DNA of 64,000 nucleotides from Bacteroidia bacterium. Its GTDB lineage: Bacteria > Bacteroidota > Bacteroidia > M30B66. The notes under the pieces were generated by a model. It saw only the letters and a program-made list of their open reading frames with translations. It was not told the origin of the DNA and made no database searches. Numbering within the stretch: position 1 is the stretch's first letter; every line of letters begins with the position of its first letter. The position numbers were made by a program, and so were the translations under genes. The stretch is taken from assembly GCA_965279035.1 (NCBI GenBank), contig OZ257142.1, positions 512,001 to 576,000 on the forward strand, in the 5' to 3' direction. This document shows positions 10,212 to 18,200 of the stretch, one piece after another.

Positions 10212-11021
10212 ATGAATCAACCTGATAAAACAACTATTACCGACATGCTTGGGCGCAACTTAGCCATTAAGAAAACTCTTAAACGCATTGTTTCGGTTGT
10301 TCCATCTCAAACAGAGTTGTTGTATGATTTAGGATTAGAAGAAGAAGTGGTTGGAATCACCAAGTTTTGTATTCACCCAGATGAGTGGTTTCATTCTAAA
10401 ACACGCGTAGGAGGAACGAAGAAAATCAATCAGGAAATTATCCTTAGCCTCCAACCCGATATCGTGATTGCTAACATGGAGGAAAATACGCAGTCGGAAT
10501 TGGAAGAATTGGCGAAACATGTTCCTGTATGGATTTCGGATGTGCGTAATTTGAACGATGCATTGCGGATGATTGAGCTTCTCGGAGATTTGGTTGATAA
10601 AAGCGATGAAGCAGAAAAAATCATCCTCAAAATTCGAACGGGTTTTGATCTGTTAAAACCAATGGCGAAATCTCAAAAAGCTTTGTATTTAATTTGGCGA
10701 GATCCATTCATGTCGGTTAATTCCGACACATTTATTCATGATATGATGATGCGATGTGGGTTGATCAATGTTTCGTCGGAAGCAAAAACACGCTATCCTC
10801 AATTGAGTCCGGAACAAGTTCATGCGCTGAATCCGGATTTGGTCTTGCTTTCATCAGAACCATTTCCTTTTGCAGAAAAGCACATAGCTGAAATTCAACG
10901 ATTATTACCTAAAGCCCGAATTGGCTTGGTTGATGGAGAAGCGTTTTCTTGGTATGGTAGCAGATTGACCCAATCGGCACCATATTTCAAACAACTCATT
11001 CGATTTTGGGATGTAAAATAA
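10212..11021 (+). CDS. Helical-backbone metal receptor (BtuF/TroA-like solute-binding protein), no signal peptide
   Basis: RIVSVVPSQTELL, VGITKFCIHP, VGGTK, LLSSEPFPF, VDGEAFSWYGSR. Confidence 0.85.
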   Translation: MNQPDKTTITDMLGRNLAIKKTLKRIVSVVPSQTELLYDLGLEEEVVGITKFCIHPDEWFHSKTRVGGTKKINQEIILSLQPDIVIANMEENTQSELEELAKHVPVWISDVRNLNDALRMIELLGDLVDKSDEAEKIILKIRTGFDLLKPMAKSQKALYLIWRDPFMSVNSDTFIHDMMMRCGLINVSSEAKTRYPQLSPEQVHALNPDLVLLSSEPFPFAEKHIAEIQRLLPKARIGLVDGEAFSWYGSRLTQSAPYFKQLIRFWDVK

Positions 11022-11124
11022 ATTATGTTTCGGATTATCAAGCGATTGAAGAATAATTTAGAAAAGTAAAAATCCAAGAGTACAGTTAAGAACGTAGTTA
11101 ATCACAACCCAAAAATCTTCGGTT

Positions 11125-11514
11125 ATGGTTAAGCTAATTTTTACAGGTATTTTACTCATTGGAGTAAGCGCTTATTATACATTAAACTCAGAACCCGATC
11201 GTATTGGTCCTGAAATAAAACCAATTGAATTAGCCGCATTCTCGCTTCCTAAAAATAACTCAGTAAAAGATTCAAGCTCAATAGAAACGGCTTTAAGTTC
11301 TCTGAAAGGAATTACGGGATCTGCCATCAATCGGAAGTCTGGAATTGTTTCCATTACCTATTATCCAGATCAATTAAATCCAGACCGACTTCAAAAAGTA
11401 TTGTCATCAAGTGTTGGCAGCACTATCTCAAAACATCAATTTCCTAAAGTCGCAAATGGATGTCCCTTTCATGAAGGAGGAACTTTCTCATGGTTAGGCA
11501 AACTGTTCAACTAA
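11125..11514 (+). CDS. Membrane-anchored or exported HMA-like protein lacking CxxC, C-terminal GCPFH
   Basis: Hydrophobic N-terminus; IETALSSLKGITGSAINRKSGIVSITYYPD resembles the HMA ferredoxin-like core. Confidence 0.6.
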   Translation: MVKLIFTGILLIGVSAYYTLNSEPDRIGPEIKPIELAAFSLPKNNSVKDSSSIETALSSLKGITGSAINRKSGIVSITYYPDQLNPDRLQKVLSSSVGSTISKHQFPKVANGCPFHEGGTFSWLGKLFN

Positions 11515-11533
11515 ACCTTTAATTTCCATTCAT

Positions 11534-12019
11534 ATGAAAAATGTCCCACGTTTACTTCTTTTGTTATTATTAACTGGATCTAGTGTTTTTGTGAGTTGTA
11601 AAAAAGACGAAGACCCTGTTGTTACACCAACACCAACTCCAACTCCAACCCCTAGTTTGTATACTCGTCTTGGTGGTGTACAAGCAATTTCAGCTGTTAC
11701 TGATAAGTTCTTAGCAAATGTTGCAGCCGATAATGTAATAAACGCGCGTTTTGCTGAAACAGTAGCTAATCCATCCCGTTTGGAATTGTTACGCCTCAAT
11801 CTGATTGATCAGATTTGTGCTGGATCGGGTGGTCCTTGTATTTACAAAGGAGAAACGATGCTTGTTGCCCATTCGGGAATGAATATTACCAATGACGAAT
11901 TTGGTGCTTTAGTTGGGGATTTAATCGCCGCCCTCGATTTTTATACAGTTCCTCAGAAAGAGAAAGATGAATTAATTGCTATTCTAGGACCGATGCAATC
12001 GGATATTGTTGGGCACTAA
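11534..12019 (+). CDS. Group 1 truncated (2/2) hemoglobin with lipoprotein signal
   Basis: SLYTRLGG, GGP..Y.G..M..AH.GMNIT..EF with proximal His; lipobox-like FVSC followed by KKDED and a (TP)5 linker. Confidence 0.9.
   Translation: MKNVPRLLLLLLLTGSSVFVSCKKDEDPVVTPTPTPTPTPSLYTRLGGVQAISAVTDKFLANVAADNVINARFAETVANPSRLELLRLNLIDQICAGSGGPCIYKGETMLVAHSGMNITNDEFGALVGDLIAALDFYTVPQKEKDELIAILGPMQSDIVGH
11624..11653 (+). repeat. (Thr-Pro)5 coding microrepeat
   Basis: aca cca aca cca act cca act cca acc cct. Confidence 0.9.
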
Positions 12020-12032
12020 TTTATTTCCTACA

Positions 12033-12106
12033 AAACGGTCGAGTCTAAAGCTGATTTTGGTTTTGATACGTTCTCAAGCAAAGGATTTCGACCGTTTATT
12101 TTTTTC
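12033..12106 (+). terminator. Long-loop hairpin with T-rich tail after the globin gene
   Basis: AAACGGTCGA (12033-12042) / TCGACCGTTT (12088-12097), 45-nt loop, then ATTTTTTT. Confidence 0.45.
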
Positions 12107-12193
12107 ATATTCAATAAGAGCAATCTTTCATCATAGAAGGAAAAAATGTAGGTTTGGAGATTAGAAGACGGTTTTTTCCGTTTTCAAATTTCT

Positions 12194-14482
12194 GTGTTGA
12201 ATTTTCGATTATTTCTCTGCTTCATCTTGTTTGCGCCCATTTTTTTAAAAGCGCAAAAAGTGGGTGTTGTTCTTAGCGGAGGCGGCTCTAGTGGACTAGC
12301 TCACGTTGGGGTTCTAAAGGCTCTCGAAGAAGCACATATTCCAATCGATTATATTGCTGGAACTTCCATGGGCGCGCTTGTTGGCGGTCTCTATGCCATG
12401 GGTTATTCTCCTAATCAAATTGAAGAATTAGTTAAGAGTGATGAATTTAAAGGTTGGGTATTCGGAAAGCCAGTTGAACGTTATGTGTATTTCTTTCGCG
12501 AACGCGAACCTGATGCTAGTTGGGTTGGGATAAAATTCCGAATTGATTCAGTAATTCAAACACGCTTTCCAACGAACATTATTTCTCCATCCAATATGGA
12601 TTTTGCTTTTTTGGAGAGAACCTCTGCAATAAGTGCTGCTGCTAAATACAATTTCGATAGCTTGTTTGTTCCCTTTCGATGCGTCGCTGCGGATATTTAT
12701 AACAAAGCAGAAGTTGTTTTCAAAGATGGAGATGTTGGCCAGGCTATGCGAGCTTCTTCTACCTATCCATTTTTCTATAAACCAATTGTTGTAGATGACA
12801 AATTGCTTTTCGATGGTGGTTTGTATAATAATTTCCCAGCCGATGTGATGTATCGTGATTTTTTGCCAGACGTCATCATTGGAAGCACCGTTGCATCTGA
12901 AATAAAACCGCCTCAAGAAGAAGACATTCTATCTCAAATTAAAAATATGTTGATGGATAGAACCAGTTATGGTGAAGTATGTGAGACAGATCATATGATC
13001 ATTATTAAACCTTTGATTCCCAAAGTGGCAATCCTCGACTTTGATCAAACAAATGCCATTGTTGAAGGAGGATATCAGAGTACAATTGCTCGCCTTCCCC
13101 AATTAATGACTATGATTAGTCGACGTCAAGATTCACTTGTATTGGTTGAACGTAGGAAGGTTTTTAAGGAAAAACAAAAGCCTGTAGTGATTGATGATAT
13201 TCATATTGAAGGCTTAAGTAAAAATCAGGTAAATTATATCAAACGAGCATTTGGTGAAAAAGCTTTTCCTGTTACAATAGAAGATATTCGCCCTTATTTT
13301 TATCGAGTTGCCTATGATGATCGGATTAAAAAAATCCACCCAACAGCGATACTCGACACCAACGATGGTCATTTTCTGTTGAATCTAAAAATGAAGGTTG
13401 ATAAAGATCTTCAGGCCCAATTTGGTGGATTGATTTCCTCTAGGCCAATCAATACTGGATTTGTAGCACTTCATCTAAAACGGATAAATCGAATTGGGTT
13501 AACACTTGATGCCAATTCCTATTTTGGGAAATTCTATGGTTCACTTCAAGTAAAAGCGACACTCGATTATCCTTTCAAATTGCCTTTTCAAGTAGAAACC
13601 GATTTTACCTTAAACAACTTCGATTATTTCTATAGTTCAAGTACCTTTTTTGAAGATGTAAAACCTTCTTATTTAATTCAATATGACCGTTCAATTACAG
13701 GTGCAATTGTATTTCCTTGGAGGAATAAATCAAGAATGAAAGTTGGATTAACTGGAGCAAGAATGTTTGATGATTATTATCAAACACAAAATTTTACCAC
13801 AGCCGATACAGCCGACCGAACCAATTTCAACCATGGTTCTTTTTGGATGAATTTTGAACGCAACACCTTGAATCGGAAGATGTACGCCAATACGGGTTCA
13901 CAGTTTTTTGTGAAATTCAGGTATTTAGCTGGACAGGAATACAATAATCCAGGAAGTACTTCTCAATTAACAGATGAATACCGTCGCATTCACGATTTCT
14001 GGAGATTGAGAACAGTTTACGATGTTTACTTCAATAAGCGAGGACGAGTGCATATTGGGTTTTATGGAGAAGCTGTTATTTCAAATCAACCATTATTCAA
14101 CAACTTTACAGCGAGCTTACTACAATCGGCCGCTTTTTCACCAATTCCTGAGAGTAGAACCTTGTTTCAATCTCAATTTCGTTCGCATAATTATGCAGCA
14201 ACAGGACTAAAAGCAATCCTAAGTTTCACATCGCGTTTGGATCTTCGAATGGAAGGATATATTTACCAACCACATCGAGTGATTCTTCAAAATACCGATT
14301 TAACGGCCTATTATGGTGAGCCATTTAGCAAACGTTATTTTATGGCTTCTGCAGTATTGGTTTATCATTCACCCATTGCTCCAATTGCAATTAGCGCTAA
14401 TTTCTACGATCAAAGTGCGAATCCAATTTCAATCATTTTCACCACCGGTTTCTTAATATTCAACCGAAGAGCTTTTGATTAA
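12194..14482 (+). CDS. Patatin-like phospholipase with C-terminal POTRA/beta-barrel region (PlpD-like)
   Basis: Signal peptide, GGGSSG oxyanion motif, GTSMG nucleophile, DGG motif, long beta-rich C-terminus. Confidence 0.85.
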   Translation: MLNFRLFLCFILFAPIFLKAQKVGVVLSGGGSSGLAHVGVLKALEEAHIPIDYIAGTSMGALVGGLYAMGYSPNQIEELVKSDEFKGWVFGKPVERYVYFFREREPDASWVGIKFRIDSVIQTRFPTNIISPSNMDFAFLERTSAISAAAKYNFDSLFVPFRCVAADIYNKAEVVFKDGDVGQAMRASSTYPFFYKPIVVDDKLLFDGGLYNNFPADVMYRDFLPDVIIGSTVASEIKPPQEEDILSQIKNMLMDRTSYGEVCETDHMIIIKPLIPKVAILDFDQTNAIVEGGYQSTIARLPQLMTMISRRQDSLVLVERRKVFKEKQKPVVIDDIHIEGLSKNQVNYIKRAFGEKAFPVTIEDIRPYFYRVAYDDRIKKIHPTAILDTNDGHFLLNLKMKVDKDLQAQFGGLISSRPINTGFVALHLKRINRIGLTLDANSYFGKFYGSLQVKATLDYPFKLPFQVETDFTLNNFDYFYSSSTFFEDVKPSYLIQYDRSITGAIVFPWRNKSRMKVGLTGARMFDDYYQTQNFTTADTADRTNFNHGSFWMNFERNTLNRKMYANTGSQFFVKFRYLAGQEYNNPGSTSQLTDEYRRIHDFWRLRTVYDVYFNKRGRVHIGFYGEAVISNQPLFNNFTASLLQSAAFSPIPESRTLFQSQFRSHNYAATGLKAILSFTSRLDLRMEGYIYQPHRVILQNTDLTAYYGEPFSKRYFMASAVLVYHSPIAPIAISANFYDQSANPISIIFTTGFLIFNRRAFD

Positions 14483-14692
14483 TTCTCATCACTGGAATTC
14501 TCCTTTCAAAAGATTTTTACTCTTATTTATACCAGTTCCTTATAGGCCTTACATCAAAAACTCGAAATAACTAAAACATAAACACCTGATAATAAGCCGA
14601 CTTAAAACGCTTCGTTAAAAAATAGTTGCAAAATAGGTAACAATACTTACATCGATAAAGTATATCCTATTCTAACCTAAACTTTTTTTATC

Positions 14693-17014
14693 ATGATGAA
14701 GCAAATTACCCTCAAAAATGGAATTCTAACAACGCTAGCAGTATTGTTAGTTAACCTGTCATCCAATGCTCAATGTGGCGGCGGCGGAAATCAATACGGA
14801 CAAGCATGTCCTGGGTTTAGAACTCAAACACAAGGTGGATGGGGTGGAAATGCCTGCGGAAACAATCCTGCAAGCTATCTACAAGCAAATTTTGCTGCCG
14901 CTTTCCCTTCTGGATTAACCATTGGTTGTACAAATAAGCTTAAGCTTAGTACTTCTACTGCCGTTAAAAACTTTTTGCCATCCGGAGGAACAGCTTCTGT
15001 GTTGCCCGCTGGAACATTAAATAATCCAACTAATTATAGCAATGTATTTGCGGGACAATTGGTTGCGGCTACTATCAATGTTCAGTTTGATCTAACTTTT
15101 GCCAATTTCGGAAGTTCTGCAACCAATTTGAAAGATCTTGTAATTGGTTCAGGAACTTTTACGGGACTTACCGTTGCTCAGGTACTTCAATTGGCCAATA
15201 ATAAAATTGGTGGTTGCGGAAACGTTACTTACACCTGCTCACAATTAAGTTCAGCTTTAGAAAGCATCAACTCTAGCTATGATAATGGATATGCTAGCGG
15301 AAGTTTCCTTCGTTGTCCAACAATCAACGTATCGGTTGTAAAAGCTGATGTTTCTTGTTTCAGTGGTTCGAATGGATCTATCAACCTAACTGTATCTGGT
15401 GGTGCAGCTCCTTATACTTACTTATGGTCAAACGGAAGTACATCAGAAGACCTTAGCGGAATTCCAGCTGGGACTTATTCTGTTACAATCCGTGATCATA
15501 ATGGTCAAAACAAATTGGCTAGCTATACTATCGGCCAACCATTAACAGCTGTAACGTCAAGCGTTTCAAATAGTGGTATGCTAGCTTGTAATGGAAACAC
15601 AAACGGATCTATCGATTTAACAGTAAGTGGCGGTACTGCTCCTTACTCTTATTCATGGAGCAATGGTGCTAGTACTCAAGATTTAAGTGGACTTGGCGCC
15701 GGAACATATTCAGTTCTAATCACAGATTCAAAAGGTTGTTCAACAACAAACAGCTCTACTATTTCTCAACCTGCTGCTCTTTCTGCTCAAGCAACTTCAA
15801 CTGCAGTTTTATGTAATGCTGGATCTACTGGGTCTATCAACTTAACAGTAATTGGTGGAACTTCACCATATACATTTGGCTGGAGCAATTCTGCAACTAG
15901 CGAAGATTTAACAGGACTTTCTACCGGAAATTATAGTGTGCTTGTAACCGATAGTAAAGGTTGTTCAACGAATGCATCTGCCTTTGTTGCTGAACCGAGT
16001 GCATTAACATTAACTGCTTCAACTTTACCATCAACTTACTGTCAGTGTAATGGTTTTGCTAGTGCAAGTGCATCAGGTGGTGTAATTCCTTATAGTTACA
16101 GTTGGTCAAACGGAACTGTTGGTGCTGCATCAACAATTGATGGTCTTTGCGGTGGAGATGCCGTTTCTGTAACCGTAACTGATTATAATGGATGTTCAGC
16201 AAGTTACAATGCTGGTTCTATTACATACCTAACTGGATGTACTGGATATTCGGTTGAAGAATATGTTCAAGGATTACGCAATAACAACACTCCAGTTGAA
16301 GCAGATCGCTCGAATCCATCTGCTGTATTGGGTTACCCAGATTTTAACAACAACCCTGGTGGTTTCTACTCTCTTGGTTTCGGTGGACACATTACAATTC
16401 GTTTAGATGGTGGAATCGTAGATCATCCAGGTAATGACCTTCGTATTTCTGAAACGACTTTCAATAGCCCAAATCCACAAGGATGTGCTAACTATCCTGA
16501 AAAAGCTCAGATTTTTGTATCAAATGATAACGTTTCATGGTACGATTTGGGAATTATTTGTCAAGATGGTGAATTGGATATCGCTCCTTTAAGCTGCATT
16601 CTTTTCGTAAAAATTGTGGATGTATCTAATCCAAACGCTTTCGGAAATCAAATTGTAGATGGTTACGATGTAGATGGAATTCAGTGTATTGCTTCAACTT
16701 CAGGTGCTCGTATGGCTGCTCCAGTAACTTCTAATACAATTACTGTAGCTCCTGCAGGCAGACAATCGTTGAATGTTTTCCCTAACCCTGCTGAAGATCG
16801 TATCTCTCTTTCGATTGGTGGTGCTAAAGAAGGACAAGCATTACAAATTTCAATTGTTGATGTAACAGGACGTGAAATGAAATCAATTTCAGTAACTCCA
16901 GAAACATCACAACAAATGTTTGAACTTACTTGCGATGGAATGGATGCAGGTATGTATTTCGTTCAAGTTAGCGGTAAGAACTTTAATCAAACAAAAAAAT
17001 TCATGAAGAAATAA
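14693..17014 (+). CDS. T9SS type A-sorted protein with four SprB-type repeats
   Basis: Signal peptide; repeats GSIxLTVSGGTAPYSYSWSNG..TxDLSGL.AGTYSV; CTD VFPNPA...GMYFV...KKFMKK. Confidence 0.88.
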   Translation: MMKQITLKNGILTTLAVLLVNLSSNAQCGGGGNQYGQACPGFRTQTQGGWGGNACGNNPASYLQANFAAAFPSGLTIGCTNKLKLSTSTAVKNFLPSGGTASVLPAGTLNNPTNYSNVFAGQLVAATINVQFDLTFANFGSSATNLKDLVIGSGTFTGLTVAQVLQLANNKIGGCGNVTYTCSQLSSALESINSSYDNGYASGSFLRCPTINVSVVKADVSCFSGSNGSINLTVSGGAAPYTYLWSNGSTSEDLSGIPAGTYSVTIRDHNGQNKLASYTIGQPLTAVTSSVSNSGMLACNGNTNGSIDLTVSGGTAPYSYSWSNGASTQDLSGLGAGTYSVLITDSKGCSTTNSSTISQPAALSAQATSTAVLCNAGSTGSINLTVIGGTSPYTFGWSNSATSEDLTGLSTGNYSVLVTDSKGCSTNASAFVAEPSALTLTASTLPSTYCQCNGFASASASGGVIPYSYSWSNGTVGAASTIDGLCGGDAVSVTVTDYNGCSASYNAGSITYLTGCTGYSVEEYVQGLRNNNTPVEADRSNPSAVLGYPDFNNNPGGFYSLGFGGHITIRLDGGIVDHPGNDLRISETTFNSPNPQGCANYPEKAQIFVSNDNVSWYDLGIICQDGELDIAPLSCILFVKIVDVSNPNAFGNQIVDGYDVDGIQCIASTSGARMAAPVTSNTITVAPAGRQSLNVFPNPAEDRISLSIGGAKEGQALQISIVDVTGREMKSISVTPETSQQMFELTCDGMDAGMYFVQVSGKNFNQTKKFMKK
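15320..16230 (+). repeat. Four tandem SprB-like repeats (~75 aa), approximate bounds
   Basis: Units visible in protein and DNA near 15371, 15602, 15827 and about 16050. Confidence 0.8.
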
Positions 17015-17028
17015 GCTTCTTCTTAATC

Positions 17029-17062
17029 AAAAGCTCGGTCAATTTTATTGACCGGGCTTTTT
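17029..17062. terminator. Bidirectional Rho-independent terminator between convergent genes
   Basis: AAAAGCTCGGTCAAT / ATTGACCGGGCTTTT. Confidence 0.85.
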
Positions 17063-17929
17063 TCATTTTGGACCTAATCCTCCCGTGTGGATATAAACGA
17101 TTCGTGTTTTGTTACCTAGTTTCTGTTCTTGGTAAAGAGCATACAAACCAAACAGTGCTTTTGCTCCGTAAACTAAATCTATTGGAATTTCTGATTGCTC
17201 CATCCAGTGTTGTTGAAATGCGATCAACTCCGGTTTTGACTTAGCATATCCACCAAAATGAAAGTTGGAGTTAAACTCCAAATTCGGATAATTCCTCGAA
17301 TCAAATCCGTGTTTACTCAATTCTTGTTGTAAAATCTGTTCACCTTTCAACACTTGAAAACAGAGCACTTTGCTTGAACTTTCTGCTAATTTCTGAGCTA
17401 TTCCAGCCGCGCTTGTTCCCGTTCCTCCAGGAAGAACAATCCAATCGAATGGCTCATCTGAATGAACCATTTTTGCTGCACCCAAAATCCCCGGCAATCC
17501 AGCTCCACCTTCGGGTACAATTCGACAGGAACCCAATTTATCGGTCCAGTTTTGCAAAAATTCCTGGTCGGTTTTCTGTCGATATGCATCGCGACTAACG
17601 AAATGAATCTCCATTCCATTCTGCTTCATCGCTTGTAACCACGGGTTTTCTACATTGTCGCCACGTACAATTCCAATGGTGCGAATTCCCGTTTCTTTTC
17701 CTGCTGCTGATAAAGCCAACAAATGATTCGAATACGCACCACCAAAGGAAACGACAGCTTCATTGTCGGGTAAATCGCTCAACCAATGAATCAATTTAAA
17801 CCACTTATTACCACTAATTTCTGGATGAAGCGTGTCGAATCGCCTTACTGTAATTTCCATTTCTGGCTTGCCGGGTAATGAAAAGCGAGTGGTTTGATCG
17901 TAATGTGATAGCGGTGCTAATGAAATCAT
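17063..17929 (-). CDS. ACC deaminase / D-cysteine desulfhydrase family PLP enzyme
   Basis: ISGNKWFKL, FGGAYSNH, VPEGG, GTGTS, HFGGYAK, IHTGG. Start set at ATG 17929 because the longer ORF overlaps DUF5522. Confidence 0.85.
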   Translation of the reverse strand: MISLAPLSHYDQTTRFSLPGKPEMEITVRRFDTLHPEISGNKWFKLIHWLSDLPDNEAVVSFGGAYSNHLLALSAAGKETGIRTIGIVRGDNVENPWLQAMKQNGMEIHFVSRDAYRQKTDQEFLQNWTDKLGSCRIVPEGGAGLPGILGAAKMVHSDEPFDWIVLPGGTGTSAAGIAQKLAESSSKVLCFQVLKGEQILQQELSKHGFDSRNYPNLEFNSNFHFGGYAKSKPELIAFQQHWMEQSEIPIDLVYGAKALFGLYALYQEQKLGNKTRIVYIHTGGLGPK

Positions 17930-18002
17930 CCTGCTAAGCAAACAATTTCTGCCGTTCGAGCATTCTATGCCTTCTTTAAATTTTGCGAACTTTGAAGCCT
18001 TA

Positions 18003-18200
18003 ATGGAAAACGAAGGATTCTCAAGACTCTCCAAACTCGATAAGGACGAATATTATTATTCTCCCGAAGGATACGTCGTTTTCACCGCCAAATATCTGCT
18101 CAAACGCGGCTATTGCTGCAAAAATGGATGCAGACATTGTCCCTATAACTACAACATCCGCACAGGAAAATTCGATAAAGACGCACATGGCAACTCTTAG
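18003..18200 (+). CDS. DUF5522 small Cys-rich protein
   Basis: YYYSPEGYVVFTAKYLLKRGYCCKNGCRHCPY signature; ATG 18003 preferred. Confidence 0.85.
   Translation: MENEGFSRLSKLDKDEYYYSPEGYVVFTAKYLLKRGYCCKNGCRHCPYNYNIRTGKFDKDAHGNS

Noticed and set aside
11530-11799. Minus-strand ORF with a GVGVGV repeat
   Set aside because: It is the reverse complement of the globin's (TP)5 linker.
14580-14592. IHF-like site (TATCAGGTGTTTA, minus strand) upstream of the SprB-repeat gene
   Set aside because: Short degenerate consensus with no accompanying sigma54 promoter or att site; cannot be told from chance.
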